In this document: piece after piece, positions 30,201-40,025 of the stretch | How the letters are laid out: each line of letters begins with the position of its first letter | How positions within the stretch are numbered: the first letter of the stretch is position 1 | NCBI GenBank assembly: GCA_048887225.1 | Contig: JBHLJY010000001.1 | Coordinates: 1-64,000, forward strand | DNA length: 64,000 nucleotides | From: Candidatus Hodarchaeota archaeon | GTDB taxonomy: Archaea; Asgardarchaeota; Lokiarchaeia; Sigyniarchaeales; SOKP01 | Direction: 5' to 3' | The notes under the pieces: model-generated | The model's database searches: none | Told to the model about the DNA's origin: nothing | Seen by the model: only the letters and a program-made list of their open reading frames with translations | Program-made: the position numbers and the translations under genes

Positions 30201-30217
30201 TATAAGGTGAAAATTTT

Positions 30218-30985
30218 ATGGGTAAATGGGAGGAATTAGATAATAATTTAAATAGATATCTCCGTTTAGCTACTTTTCCTATTGGTGTTAAGCTACTTGA
30301 AGACTCAGAAGAATTAAAAAAAGTAAAATTTTTAAAAAGACCAGATAAGAAGATTGTCTTATGTCAAATGTTTAGTTATTCTAGATATTATGGGTGGACA
30401 ATGGGTTGTATTAAAGGGGATAATTTATGTCCTCTGGCAGAAATTACGATAGGGTTTGAAAAAGCACATAGACTTTTTGAGGAGGGTGCTTTTTTTGTTG
30501 GAAGATATAATGAAACTAAAGAAGCCGCTAAAAAGACTACAGCAACGATGCCTAAAATACCACACGGAAAGTTTTCTGCTATATTATCAGGTGCTTTAAA
30601 TCGGATAGATTTTGACCCGGATTTAATCTTAATTTGGGGGAATTCCGCTCAGATAATGAGAATAATTCAGGGTAGCTTGTGGAAAGAAGGAGGCAGAATT
30701 TCAATGTCAACTTTTTGCGATGGTGTTTGCGCAGATACTATTTCACAAGCATATCTTACAGGTGAATTACAAATTGCCTTCCCTTGTCTTGGAGATCGTC
30801 GTTATGGAAAGGCTGCAGAGAGTGATTTAATAGCATCCATACCATTTGGGAAAATTAATGAAATAATTGAAGGAATGGAAAAAACCCATAAAGCAGGAAC
30901 GCGATTTCCTATACCGTATCAAATCTCAACGCCAGATTTTTTCGTTAAATTGAAAAAACAATTGGATAAGGCTAAGAAAGATTGA
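30218..30985 (+). CDS. DUF169 family protein
   Basis: PIGVKL, LCQ...R..G, CPLA, PDLILIWG...Q.MR, C.G.CAD, PC.GDR. Confidence 0.85.
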   Translation: MGKWEELDNNLNRYLRLATFPIGVKLLEDSEELKKVKFLKRPDKKIVLCQMFSYSRYYGWTMGCIKGDNLCPLAEITIGFEKAHRLFEEGAFFVGRYNETKEAAKKTTATMPKIPHGKFSAILSGALNRIDFDPDLILIWGNSAQIMRIIQGSLWKEGGRISMSTFCDGVCADTISQAYLTGELQIAFPCLGDRRYGKAAESDLIASIPFGKINEIIEGMEKTHKAGTRFPIPYQISTPDFFVKLKKQLDKAKKD

Positions 30986-31059
30986 AATTCTAGTATTTTT
31001 TATTTTTTTTCTTTCAAAAAAAAATCTTTTTTTGCAATAAAAGCAATTTTAAAATTACT

Positions 31060-33528
31060 ATGGTAGACACTAATGAAAGTGAAAAATTGCTTTATTTAGA
31101 TCCTAATCAACCTATTGAAAAAAGAGTTGAAGATTTAATCTCAAGAATGACTATAAAAGAAAAAGTTGCTCAACTCGGTTCTCAATATGCGCCATCATTA
31201 ATGGAATTGAACGAGTTATCTCACGAAAAAATGAAAAGACTAATTGGTCAAGGAATTGGCCAAATCACTAGAATTGGCGGCACTATGAATATAACGCCTG
31301 AAGAATCAGTCAAAATTGCTAATGATATCCAAAAATTTTTAAAAGAGCAGACTCGCTTAGGAATTCCGGCTATTGTTCATGAAGAGTGTTTATGTGGATA
31401 CACAGCTAAAAATGCTACAATATTTCCCCAAATTATTGGTGTGGCGTCGACATGGGAACCAGAATTAGTAGAAGCTATGACAAGAAAAATCGGTGAACAG
31501 ATGCGTATCGTTGGAGCACATCAAGGACTATCTCCTGTTCTTGATATTGCGCGCGATCCAAGATGGGGGCGCACAGAAGAAACTTTTGGCGAAGATCCTT
31601 ATCTTGTATCGCGAATGGGTGTTGCCTACGTAAAAGGGCTACAAGGTGATTCTCTTCAAAGTGGTATAATTGCTACTGGTAAACATTTTTTAGGTCATGG
31701 ATTATCCCAAGGTGGTAGAAATTGGGGTCCATCATTTATCCCTAAAAGAGAATTACTGGAAGTGTTCGCAAAACCTTTTGAAGCTGCAATCCACGAATCT
31801 AACATAGGATCAATTATGAACTCATATAGCGAAATTGATGGAATACCTTGTGGAATTTCACGCGATGTTCTAACCAATTTATTACGCAATAGGCTTGGTT
31901 TTAAAGGAATGGTTGTTTCAGATTACGCTACAATCGAACTTAATTGTAAATTGCATCGAGTGGCAATGAATTCCACGGAAGCTGCTATTCTTGCATTCAA
32001 TGCGGGTCTCGATGTGGAACTTCCAAGGACAGCCGGTTATGGAAGATTATTTGTCAAAGCTGTTAAAAAGGGAAAGATTAGCGAAGCTGCATTAAATCAA
32101 TCAGTTTCCCGTATATTAAAAAAAAAATTTGAACTTGGCCTTTTCGAAAATCCGTATGTGGATAAAGATCAAGAAAAAATCGGGAGAGTCTTTTCGAATC
32201 CAGAAAATAAAAAATTCGCACGCAAAATTGCTCGTAAATCAATAGTATTATTAAAAAACGACGATAACATTTTGCCTCTTAAAAAAGATTTAAAATCAAT
32301 TGCAGTGATTGGTCCTAATGCAAATAGTGTGAGAAATTTACTGGGTGATTATACCTATGTAAGTCAATTTGAAGCCACTGCAAGCAATGCCACTGGTGTA
32401 GCTGAGCTTGATGAAGAACAAGCAGCTCTATTTAGACAATTATTTGATAATAAAGATCCAGACGCGTTTACGAGAAATGCATATGATATTAAAAGTATTT
32501 TAGACGCCATAAAGGAAAAAATATCAGAAGGTACAGAAGTCAATTATGCTAAAGGTTGTGAAATCCAAAACGATGATAAAAGTGGATTCGAAGAAGCAAT
32601 CGAATTATCTAAAAAATCGGAAGTTGTAATCCTTATAATGGGAGAAAAGGCTGGATTGACAAGGGAATGTACTAGTGGTGAATCACGCGACCGTTCTTCT
32701 TTAACTCTTCCAGGTGCCCAAGAAGGATTAGTTCGAGAAATTCACGCAACCGGGATTCCAATCGTCTTAGTGTTAATAAATGGTCGTCCTCTTTCAATAG
32801 CCTGGGAAAAAGAAAATATTCCCGCCATATTAGAAGCATGGTTGCCTGGTGAAGAAGGAGGAAGGGCGATTGCTGATGTTTTGTTTGGGGATTATAATCC
32901 TGGAGGAAAACTACCAATCTCTTTTCCACGAAGTGTAGGACAAATTCCAATTTATCATAACTGCAAACCTACTGGTGGTGTTTCTGTGTGGGCATGGAAT
33001 TATGTAGAAGAAAATACGACTCCTTTATTCCCCTTTGGATATGGTCTAAGTTATACTCAATTTGAGTATTCCAACTTAAAAATGAATAAATCTGAAGTGG
33101 ATTCCCACGATAGTATTGAAATTTCTGTGGATATTAAAAATATTGGAAAGGTTAAAGGTGAAGAGGTGATCCAATTATATCTACACGATCAAGAAGCAAC
33201 TGTTACAAGACCGATTGAAGAATTATTTGGTTTTAAACGGATAACATTAGACCCTGGAGAACAAGCTACGGTTGCTTTTACTGTTTCAATGAAACAACTT
33301 GGATTTTACAATGAAAATATGGAATACATTGTAGAACCAGGAAATATTAGCGTTTACATAAGTAGTACGCACGCTAATCATGGTTCAGGTCAGTTAGACC
33401 TTTCCAAGGACCTTCTCGCTCAGAAAGACGTGAAATTGAAAGGTAAATTTAAAATAATAGGTGACGCCATAGATCTGAGTCAGGATAAGGAATTTTTCTC
33501 CAAAATCGTTATTAAAAAAAAAGGATAG
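31060..33528 (+). CDS. GH3 beta-glucosidase/beta-xylosidase with Fn3-like domain
   Basis: TRLGIP, RDPRWGRTEETFGEDP, KHF, VSDY nucleophile, GESRDR, FPFGYGLSYT. Confidence 0.95.
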   Translation: MVDTNESEKLLYLDPNQPIEKRVEDLISRMTIKEKVAQLGSQYAPSLMELNELSHEKMKRLIGQGIGQITRIGGTMNITPEESVKIANDIQKFLKEQTRLGIPAIVHEECLCGYTAKNATIFPQIIGVASTWEPELVEAMTRKIGEQMRIVGAHQGLSPVLDIARDPRWGRTEETFGEDPYLVSRMGVAYVKGLQGDSLQSGIIATGKHFLGHGLSQGGRNWGPSFIPKRELLEVFAKPFEAAIHESNIGSIMNSYSEIDGIPCGISRDVLTNLLRNRLGFKGMVVSDYATIELNCKLHRVAMNSTEAAILAFNAGLDVELPRTAGYGRLFVKAVKKGKISEAALNQSVSRILKKKFELGLFENPYVDKDQEKIGRVFSNPENKKFARKIARKSIVLLKNDDNILPLKKDLKSIAVIGPNANSVRNLLGDYTYVSQFEATASNATGVAELDEEQAALFRQLFDNKDPDAFTRNAYDIKSILDAIKEKISEGTEVNYAKGCEIQNDDKSGFEEAIELSKKSEVVILIMGEKAGLTRECTSGESRDRSSLTLPGAQEGLVREIHATGIPIVLVLINGRPLSIAWEKENIPAILEAWLPGEEGGRAIADVLFGDYNPGGKLPISFPRSVGQIPIYHNCKPTGGVSVWAWNYVEENTTPLFPFGYGLSYTQFEYSNLKMNKSEVDSHDSIEISVDIKNIGKVKGEEVIQLYLHDQEATVTRPIEELFGFKRITLDPGEQATVAFTVSMKQLGFYNENMEYIVEPGNISVYISSTHANHGSGQLDLSKDLLAQKDVKLKGKFKIIGDAIDLSQDKEFFSKIVIKKKG

Positions 33529-33544
33529 AGATGGTTTTTAATAC

Positions 33545-34597
33545 TTATTTTATTAAGCTATGAGCATTTTTCAATCTTTTTTCAGCATCATTTACGATAG
33601 AATTAATAATATCTGGTACATTCTCTATACTATTTATAATCCCAATACTTTGACCTAATAGAACTGCTCCATCTTCAGTATCCCCCTCATAAATTACTCG
33701 GTAAGCAGTTGTTTCTTTTAACACATCTTCGGGAGACCAAGCTTTCTCTTGAGCAATCTTCTCTTCTTTACTTTCAACGAGACCGTGATGTAGAGCATAT
33801 CTATTTTTCCATAATCTAATTGGACCAAAGAATCCTGTGACTAAAATTGTATCTTGAGCATTAGCTGGAGGAACTATAGCTTTATAATCTTTATGAAACT
33901 CACTCTCTTTTGATGCTATAAATCTGGATCCCATTGCTACAGCCCCAGCTCCCATAGATAAAGCAGCAGCTAAACCCTCGCCCGTTGCGAAACCCCCACA
34001 AGCAACAATAGGAATGTCGGGATATTTTTTTACAACCTGTTGTAGAAGCACTAAAGTGCTCACTTTTTCATATGATTGATGTCCGCCACCTTCGGTTCCA
34101 GTAATTACTAAACCATCCACTCCCGCATCAACGCATTTATCCGCAAGCCACAATGCAGGTGCTACGTGAAAATGTTTAATATTTGAGCCGCTTTCTTTCA
34201 ATCTCTGATAGGGTTTACTTTGTGGAAGCATTCTTGACGATCCAGCGCTTGTAATTGCATAGATACATTGTTCTTTTAATTTTGGGTTACTTAAAATAAA
34301 TTTTGGAATTCTTCGACATAAAAGCTCGGCATCTGGCTGTACCCTAGCAGTTCTAATATTAAATCCAAATGGTTTATCGGTATGTTCAACAACATATTCC
34401 ATACTTTTTTTCATTACCTCAAGTGTATTTGTTTCGCCAATTTCTTTAGAAAAATCAGACGCATGGCTTATCACACCGAGGCCGCCAGCTTCAGACACTG
34501 CTACTGTTAAATCAGTAGTGTAAAAAGGCCCCATAGGCGCTGCAATAATAGGATGTTTAATTCCCAACATTTTGGTTATATTTGTTTCAATTACCAT
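33545..34597 (-). CDS. Nitronate monooxygenase / FabK-like FMN oxidoreductase
   Basis: HPIIAAPMG, AVSEAGGLG, GTEGGGH, ACGG, MGSRF. Confidence 0.88.
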   Translation of the reverse strand: MVIETNITKMLGIKHPIIAAPMGPFYTTDLTVAVSEAGGLGVISHASDFSKEIGETNTLEVMKKSMEYVVEHTDKPFGFNIRTARVQPDAELLCRRIPKFILSNPKLKEQCIYAITSAGSSRMLPQSKPYQRLKESGSNIKHFHVAPALWLADKCVDAGVDGLVITGTEGGGHQSYEKVSTLVLLQQVVKKYPDIPIVACGGFATGEGLAAALSMGAGAVAMGSRFIASKESEFHKDYKAIVPPANAQDTILVTGFFGPIRLWKNRYALHHGLVESKEEKIAQEKAWSPEDVLKETTAYRVIYEGDTEDGAVLLGQSIGIINSIENVPDIINSIVNDAEKRLKNAHSLIK

Positions 34598-34753
34598 ACC
34601 ATACTTACCTCTCTTGATTAATCTTTCAAAAATGAATTAATTAAAAATAGAATTTTAGAATTAAAAAAATTATATGTTTGATGAAAAAGACTTTTTACAT
34701 AATAATCAGTAAAATTTGGAAATATTTAAATTAAGGTTTCTATAAACGAAATT

Positions 34754-36022
34754 ATGTCCACTTTTGATGTAATCGTAATTGGCGCAGGAATTTCGGGGGC
34801 ATCATTTGCGTGTAAAATTTCCAAATACGCAAAAACATTGGTTCTTGAAGCTAAAGATGAAAATGACCTTTCAATTACAACTAATATTTTTCCTGAACAC
34901 AATAGACGGTTTTTAAGCGAAGTAGACTACTCTGATAAATCACTTTTTCCATGTGTTCATTATAAAATCAATTATATGGATAAAAAATACTTTGGAGTCA
35001 TTGATTCGACCGAATTTGGAGAGCCCTTTGGATATATAAGCCATTCTGAAAATATTTTAAGAAGTTTACTCCAAAAATGTGAAAATCAAGGTGGCATAAT
35101 CAAGTATAATGAAAAAGTATCAAAGGTTAAAAGAACTAGCGAAAAAGTTGAAGTTTTAACGAGTAAAGGTCAGTCTTACTCAGGAAAGCTTTTAGCCATT
35201 GCTACTGGTTCGCATTATTTTGAACTACAAAAGTCTTTGGGATTTAGCGCTCCAGATTCATATATGGGAATTCATACGCATCTTTACGGCGACGAGGATA
35301 CATTAAACGAGAATTTAGAATGGGATTATGTTTTTCATATTAATCGAAAAATAAGTCAAAATGGCCCTTTATTTTTTAACAAAGGAAAAGAAAGACTTTT
35401 CTTAGGATTTTTAGGTAATCAGAAGGATAATTCTGCTGATATTGTAAATAAATTAGATAGAATCTTAAATAACTATCAACCAATCCAACCTTTTATTAGA
35501 GGATTAAAAAGAGGGCCAAAAACCATTGTTGGTAAAATATCAAAGCATCCTCTCAAAATTTTATCTAACGATCGAACGTTGGTATTAGGAGAAGCAGGGG
35601 GCTTAGTTACAGCATTTTTTTACGAAGGTTTTTTAGGCGGGCTTGCGTCTGCTGATATTGCTGCTTCAGTGTTAAAACCATTATTAGAAGCAAATAGTAA
35701 TTTTACTCGTGAAGAACTAAAAAGATACGATCAAAAACTTTATCAAATTTTAATAAATACATATTTTAAGACAAACCTCGCATCTGAATACTTATTTTAT
35801 CATTCTGGATCTAAAATTAAGATTTTATGGGAGACTTATTGCCAATTTATTAAAGAAAGTAGAACCCTTCGAAGGTATATATGGGAGGCAATACGACGCC
35901 ACGATTTAGAAAACCATGATCTGTCTAGAGACAGATGGACAGGTGAGCAAATATTTAAAAAACTCCCTTTTTTGGCAAAAGCAACTACACTTACTCATTT
36001 TTTAAAGGCTTTAATGAAATAA
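34754..36022 (+). CDS. FAD-dependent oxidoreductase, geranylgeranyl reductase-like
   Basis: DVIVIGAGISG, ATG, LGEAGGLV..F.YEG. Confidence 0.78.
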   Translation: MSTFDVIVIGAGISGASFACKISKYAKTLVLEAKDENDLSITTNIFPEHNRRFLSEVDYSDKSLFPCVHYKINYMDKKYFGVIDSTEFGEPFGYISHSENILRSLLQKCENQGGIIKYNEKVSKVKRTSEKVEVLTSKGQSYSGKLLAIATGSHYFELQKSLGFSAPDSYMGIHTHLYGDEDTLNENLEWDYVFHINRKISQNGPLFFNKGKERLFLGFLGNQKDNSADIVNKLDRILNNYQPIQPFIRGLKRGPKTIVGKISKHPLKILSNDRTLVLGEAGGLVTAFFYEGFLGGLASADIAASVLKPLLEANSNFTREELKRYDQKLYQILINTYFKTNLASEYLFYHSGSKIKILWETYCQFIKESRTLRRYIWEAIRRHDLENHDLSRDRWTGEQIFKKLPFLAKATTLTHFLKALMK

Positions 36023-36062
36023 TAACGATCCAAATTGACTAAATTATTTTAATTATTATTTT

Positions 36063-36989
36063 TTAAAACCTAACGGTTCGTAATTGTTCAGACATTCCAG
36101 TACCAATTTCACCAGTTTCTAAGTCTTTCATGAATACCATTTGTTCAAAAAGTTCTGTGTAGCCCTCCAGGAAATCTCTTGCAAAACGGACATACGAATT
36201 TTCTTCAATTCGAGTCGCCTCAATTCTGTAAGATTTTCCTTCTGCATCAGTGAAAGAATAAATTGATTTGAGTGGGCTTTTTAATTTATCGTTATCGTTG
36301 GTTGTTTCTATTTCCATTTGAGTAAGAGGGATGTTTTCATTTTTTCTTGCGACATATCCAGATAAATTTATTCTATCTCCTATGTAATCTTTTCGGAATC
36401 CAGCAGACCAATTTTTGTATTGGAAATGCCCGGCAAACCATTTGTCAAACTGATGCCAATCTCTAAATCCCCAACTTTTGTCGCGTTGGCCATAACCATT
36501 AATTTTGCGCTCTTCACCATCTTTAAATAACATTTCACCACTAATAATGCCTGATGCTTCAAAATGTTCATGCCAAGAGCCTGAAGAATCTGTTCCAAAA
36601 CTATGATTAGGAAATCTTGTTTCGAATGTCAAGTTCATTTTAAATTTTCGAGATTTATAAATTATTTGCCACGTTTGAAGAGGTTTGATGATTTTAAACG
36701 CGAGTTTTTTATATTGAAGCATATAATCAACATCATTAATATATTTCTCTAATACAGGTTCTTGGTAATAAAACTCTCTTTTATTATCCATAAAGAGGAG
36801 GAAAACGAATTCTCTTCTTTTTTCATTTGGTACTATTCCGATGGTCGAAAAACCGGAGATTTTATTTTCAAGGTCAACCCAATTAAAATAATAAGATTCT
36901 CGCCATTTCAAAGTCTTGTCAGGTTGATGAAGTAAATCATCTTCGTCCTTAAGGATTGATTGCCCTCTTGTTGGTTTCGTAATAATCAC
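36063..36989 (-). CDS. Beta-rich AttH/tocopherol cyclase/hydratase-like protein
   Basis: WRESYYFNW, HFEASG, GYGQRDKSWG.RDW, G.GMSE; overlaps upstream gene (GTGA). Confidence 0.6.
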   Translation of the reverse strand: MIITKPTRGQSILKDEDDLLHQPDKTLKWRESYYFNWVDLENKISGFSTIGIVPNEKRREFVFLLFMDNKREFYYQEPVLEKYINDVDYMLQYKKLAFKIIKPLQTWQIIYKSRKFKMNLTFETRFPNHSFGTDSSGSWHEHFEASGIISGEMLFKDGEERKINGYGQRDKSWGFRDWHQFDKWFAGHFQYKNWSAGFRKDYIGDRINLSGYVARKNENIPLTQMEIETTNDNDKLKSPLKSIYSFTDAEGKSYRIEATRIEENSYVRFARDFLEGYTELFEQMVFMKDLETGEIGTGMSEQLRTVRF

Positions 36990-38143
36990 TCCTCGGCAAG
37001 TAAATAAAGTGAGGGACCTCCTTTCTTTTTCTTTGCTTTACTCCTAAAATGTCGCGTAATCCCTTGGTCAAAATCGGTTTCCATAAATTCTGGAACGTAT
37101 TTTTCCATGGTTCGTTCTGTGAGATCCCAGTTTATTTGGTCAGTAATTCCTACAAAATTAGTATAACGGGCATAACCATAGCAATATGCAAAGGCACCAG
37201 CAAGCAAGCGTTGTTTCCTGTCCCATTTAGAAAATTTTACATACAATTCTCTTTGAGCCTTTGTTGCGTATTCAAAGAATCCATCTAAGACATCAAAATT
37301 AAGGGGTATTATATCATCTCCATCCCTCGTTAATAACACTGCACCTGTTATTCTATCTCCCCATGTTACTGGTTCTGTTGTCATTGTGGCGAAATTATCA
37401 ATCTTAGCTTTGACATTTTTTAATCGGTAAGCAAAAGCAATGTTGCTATAGGGGGCTTTAGCTTTTGTTTCTGACCAAGGAAAGTGGGGTTTTCTACCAT
37501 CATAAAGATGAGAAATTTCTCTGCAAACCAAAATTTCTTCATCGTTGATATTATAAGGACCATGATCACATAGTTTCGCACGAGCTTCACACTCATCAAG
37601 AAACGAGAATACTTCTAGATTTGCCATCGTTTTCCTAATTTTTTTTGCTTGATCATTTGAAACATCCTTGATTTGTTCTATAGTCCAATTGATATCTGGT
37701 TGATCTAAGGCTATATTATTCCCATTCGCTTCGCTGACAAATAGTTCTCCTCCAGGAAAATATGAAGATGCGAGGCGTTTCCAGAAATCTAAAATAAAAA
37801 TTGTTTGTTTTCTTTTCTCCTCAGATTCGGAGTTTAGATCGCCATTATTTCTGTGAATTTCACCCATTCGACCTTCCATATAATATAATGGGATATAGTT
37901 AATAGTTAAAGCTTGTAGTTCTGAAAGAATCTTTCTAGATTCTTCGCCCATTTGTTCTGGTGTTGTTTTTTCAGCAACTTTTTTTAAAATATCATGAAGC
38001 ATGTCGTAGGAATTATAAAATGAAACACATATATAGGCCGTTACTGGAAATAATTGGGTTTCTAAAAGACCTCGTGTTTGTACTTGATAATCAAAAATAT
38101 CGGAGAGATATATTATAAGTTCATTTGCTTCTTTAACATTCAT
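36986..38143 (-). CDS. Conserved hypothetical protein, candidate acceptor subunit of a split dikinase
   Basis: 385-aa ORF with LETQLFPVTAYI and FLDECEARAKLCDHGPY motifs; function not recognisable. Confidence 0.8.
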   Translation of the reverse strand: MNVKEANELIIYLSDIFDYQVQTRGLLETQLFPVTAYICVSFYNSYDMLHDILKKVAEKTTPEQMGEESRKILSELQALTINYIPLYYMEGRMGEIHRNNGDLNSESEEKRKQTIFILDFWKRLASSYFPGGELFVSEANGNNIALDQPDINWTIEQIKDVSNDQAKKIRKTMANLEVFSFLDECEARAKLCDHGPYNINDEEILVCREISHLYDGRKPHFPWSETKAKAPYSNIAFAYRLKNVKAKIDNFATMTTEPVTWGDRITGAVLLTRDGDDIIPLNFDVLDGFFEYATKAQRELYVKFSKWDRKQRLLAGAFAYCYGYARYTNFVGITDQINWDLTERTMEKYVPEFMETDFDQGITRHFRSKAKKKKGGPSLYLLAEE

Positions 38144-38225
38144 TTGGACTCATATGATAGGTTTTAAGTAATAAGTTTATTCTCTAATTTTATTTTCATG
38201 TAACTTCACTATTTAAAAATTTTTA

Positions 38226-39452
38226 TTACTTTTTGGGAGGTTTTAGAATAAATGTAATCATAGTTGCTCCAATAGACATTATACCCATTACAATAAACAG
38301 AACTATATACCCACCTAAAAGGGTAACAAATGTTAAAACCATAGTTGCACCTAAGAATCCCGCTATTCCATATGAAGTAAAAACTACACCGTAATTTTCA
38401 CCTAAATTTTTAGTTCCGAATAAATCACTAGTGGCTGTTGGGAACATCGCAAAATTACCTCCAAAGCAGTAGTAAATCGAACATACCCAGATTAAAAAGA
38501 AAATTATGCTTCCACTAGTGAAAAAAAGAGTAATCATTAAGAATCCCTGAATCGTAAACATAATCATCATTGCCTTCTTGTAATAGATTATATCTGATAA
38601 TTTACCCCAGAAAACTCTGCCCACTCCATTAAATAAAGCCGCCAAGCTCCCAACTAGTACTAAAAAGTCGAAGTCATTTATAGGATAACCAGCGTTTGAT
38701 TTGGCAAATGAACTATATGCCCCAATGGTCATTAAACCACATATTGCGCTAAAAACGAATGTTGTCCACAACATCCAAAATTGTTTGTGTTTTACCATTT
38801 CTTTACGATTTAAGTCAAGTCCAGAAATCCCAGTATCATCAGAAGGAGGTGGTGGTGTCCAGTTAGCTGGTGTCCATCCTTCAGGAGGGTCATTTAATGT
38901 CATTGCACCACCTAAAACAAATGCTAAATATATTATTCCAAGAAGGATAAACATTGTAGGTATACTTAAAACTGAAAGCCATTTGATGAAATAATTAAAT
39001 AAAAAAGCTCCTGCCCCAAATCCAGCAACAGCTATACCATTAATAAACCCTTTCTTGTCAGGAAACCATTTGGCAGCACAAGCTATAGGACAAACATAAG
39101 TAAAACCAATCCCTGCACCAAATATAATACCATAAGTAATCAATAGTCCAATAAATGATGTCATTCCAGCAGAGGCGATTGCTCCAATCCCTATAAGTAT
39201 ACCTCCAATTATTGCTATCTTTTTAGGACCGTACTTTTGTTGAAGCTTTCCAGCAAATATCATTGTAAAACCGAAAAATAATAAGCTCACACCAAATATA
39301 TAGACGGTAACCTCCGCGGGTTCTTTTAAAAATGCGCCCCCACTAATAAATAGAGATAAAGTACCCCATGAATATATGGAACCAAGTGCTAATTGTACTA
39401 ATATTGCTCCAATAACTACAATCCATCGATTCTTGAATTCTTCTTGAGACAT
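38226..39452 (-). CDS. MFS transporter, oxalate/formate antiporter (OFA) family
   Basis: LGSIYSW, KWFPDKKG...G.AVAGFGAG, NGVGRVFWG.LSD, FG.KN.G.NYG. Confidence 0.9.
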   Translation of the reverse strand: MSQEEFKNRWIVVIGAILVQLALGSIYSWGTLSLFISGGAFLKEPAEVTVYIFGVSLLFFGFTMIFAGKLQQKYGPKKIAIIGGILIGIGAIASAGMTSFIGLLITYGIIFGAGIGFTYVCPIACAAKWFPDKKGFINGIAVAGFGAGAFLFNYFIKWLSVLSIPTMFILLGIIYLAFVLGGAMTLNDPPEGWTPANWTPPPPSDDTGISGLDLNRKEMVKHKQFWMLWTTFVFSAICGLMTIGAYSSFAKSNAGYPINDFDFLVLVGSLAALFNGVGRVFWGKLSDIIYYKKAMMIMFTIQGFLMITLFFTSGSIIFFLIWVCSIYYCFGGNFAMFPTATSDLFGTKNLGENYGVVFTSYGIAGFLGATMVLTFVTLLGGYIVLFIVMGIMSIGATMITFILKPPKK

Positions 39453-39643
39453 TTTTTTGGAAACTTAAACATAATTTAATTAGTTTTAAAAATTCTATTA
39501 AGGATAAAAAGATTTCATTAATATTTTAATGGCAGAGTTATCAAAAGAATTTGAATGTATCTTCATTAGATTTTTTGCAGTCAAAAGATTCAATTGTTAT
39601 CTTCATTTAAATTAAAAACTATATAAATCTTGAAGTTTTTTTT

Positions 39644-40006
39644 ATGTTAATGGAAATAATTGGAGAAGGCTTATCTTGTTCTTCCAAATCGGAAGTAATA
39701 GGAGAATTCGTATATATTAAGACAGCTGAGGATGTAATAAATTTATTTGATAGCGCTAACGGAAAGATAAGCATTGTAGAGGAGGCAGGAACTACAACGT
39801 TAGGTCCTATTCTATCTGAATTAACTGGCGTAATTTGTACAACGGGCTCAGGTGGTTCTCATCTAGCAATAGTTTCGCGAGAATTTGATCTTCCTTGTAT
39901 AATGGGCACAGAGTTTAAAGTAGATGATATAAATTCTTTAAATGGTAGAAAAGGCAAGATTTCTACTCAAAATAACGATAAAGGAACAATATCCTTGGTT
40001 GAGTAA
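39644..40006 (+). CDS. Stand-alone PEP-utilizing enzyme mobile (phospho-histidine swivel) domain
   Basis: GVICTTGSGGSHLAIVSREFDLPCIMG signature in a 120-aa protein. Confidence 0.9.
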   Translation: MLMEIIGEGLSCSSKSEVIGEFVYIKTAEDVINLFDSANGKISIVEEAGTTTLGPILSELTGVICTTGSGGSHLAIVSREFDLPCIMGTEFKVDDINSLNGRKGKISTQNNDKGTISLVE

Positions 40007-40025
40007 TTTTAAAAAATTGAAAAAA

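Noticed and set aside
39942-40016. N-terminal extension of the ATP-grasp ORF
   Set aside because: Overlaps the His-domain gene; family similarity starts near the TTG at 40017/40026
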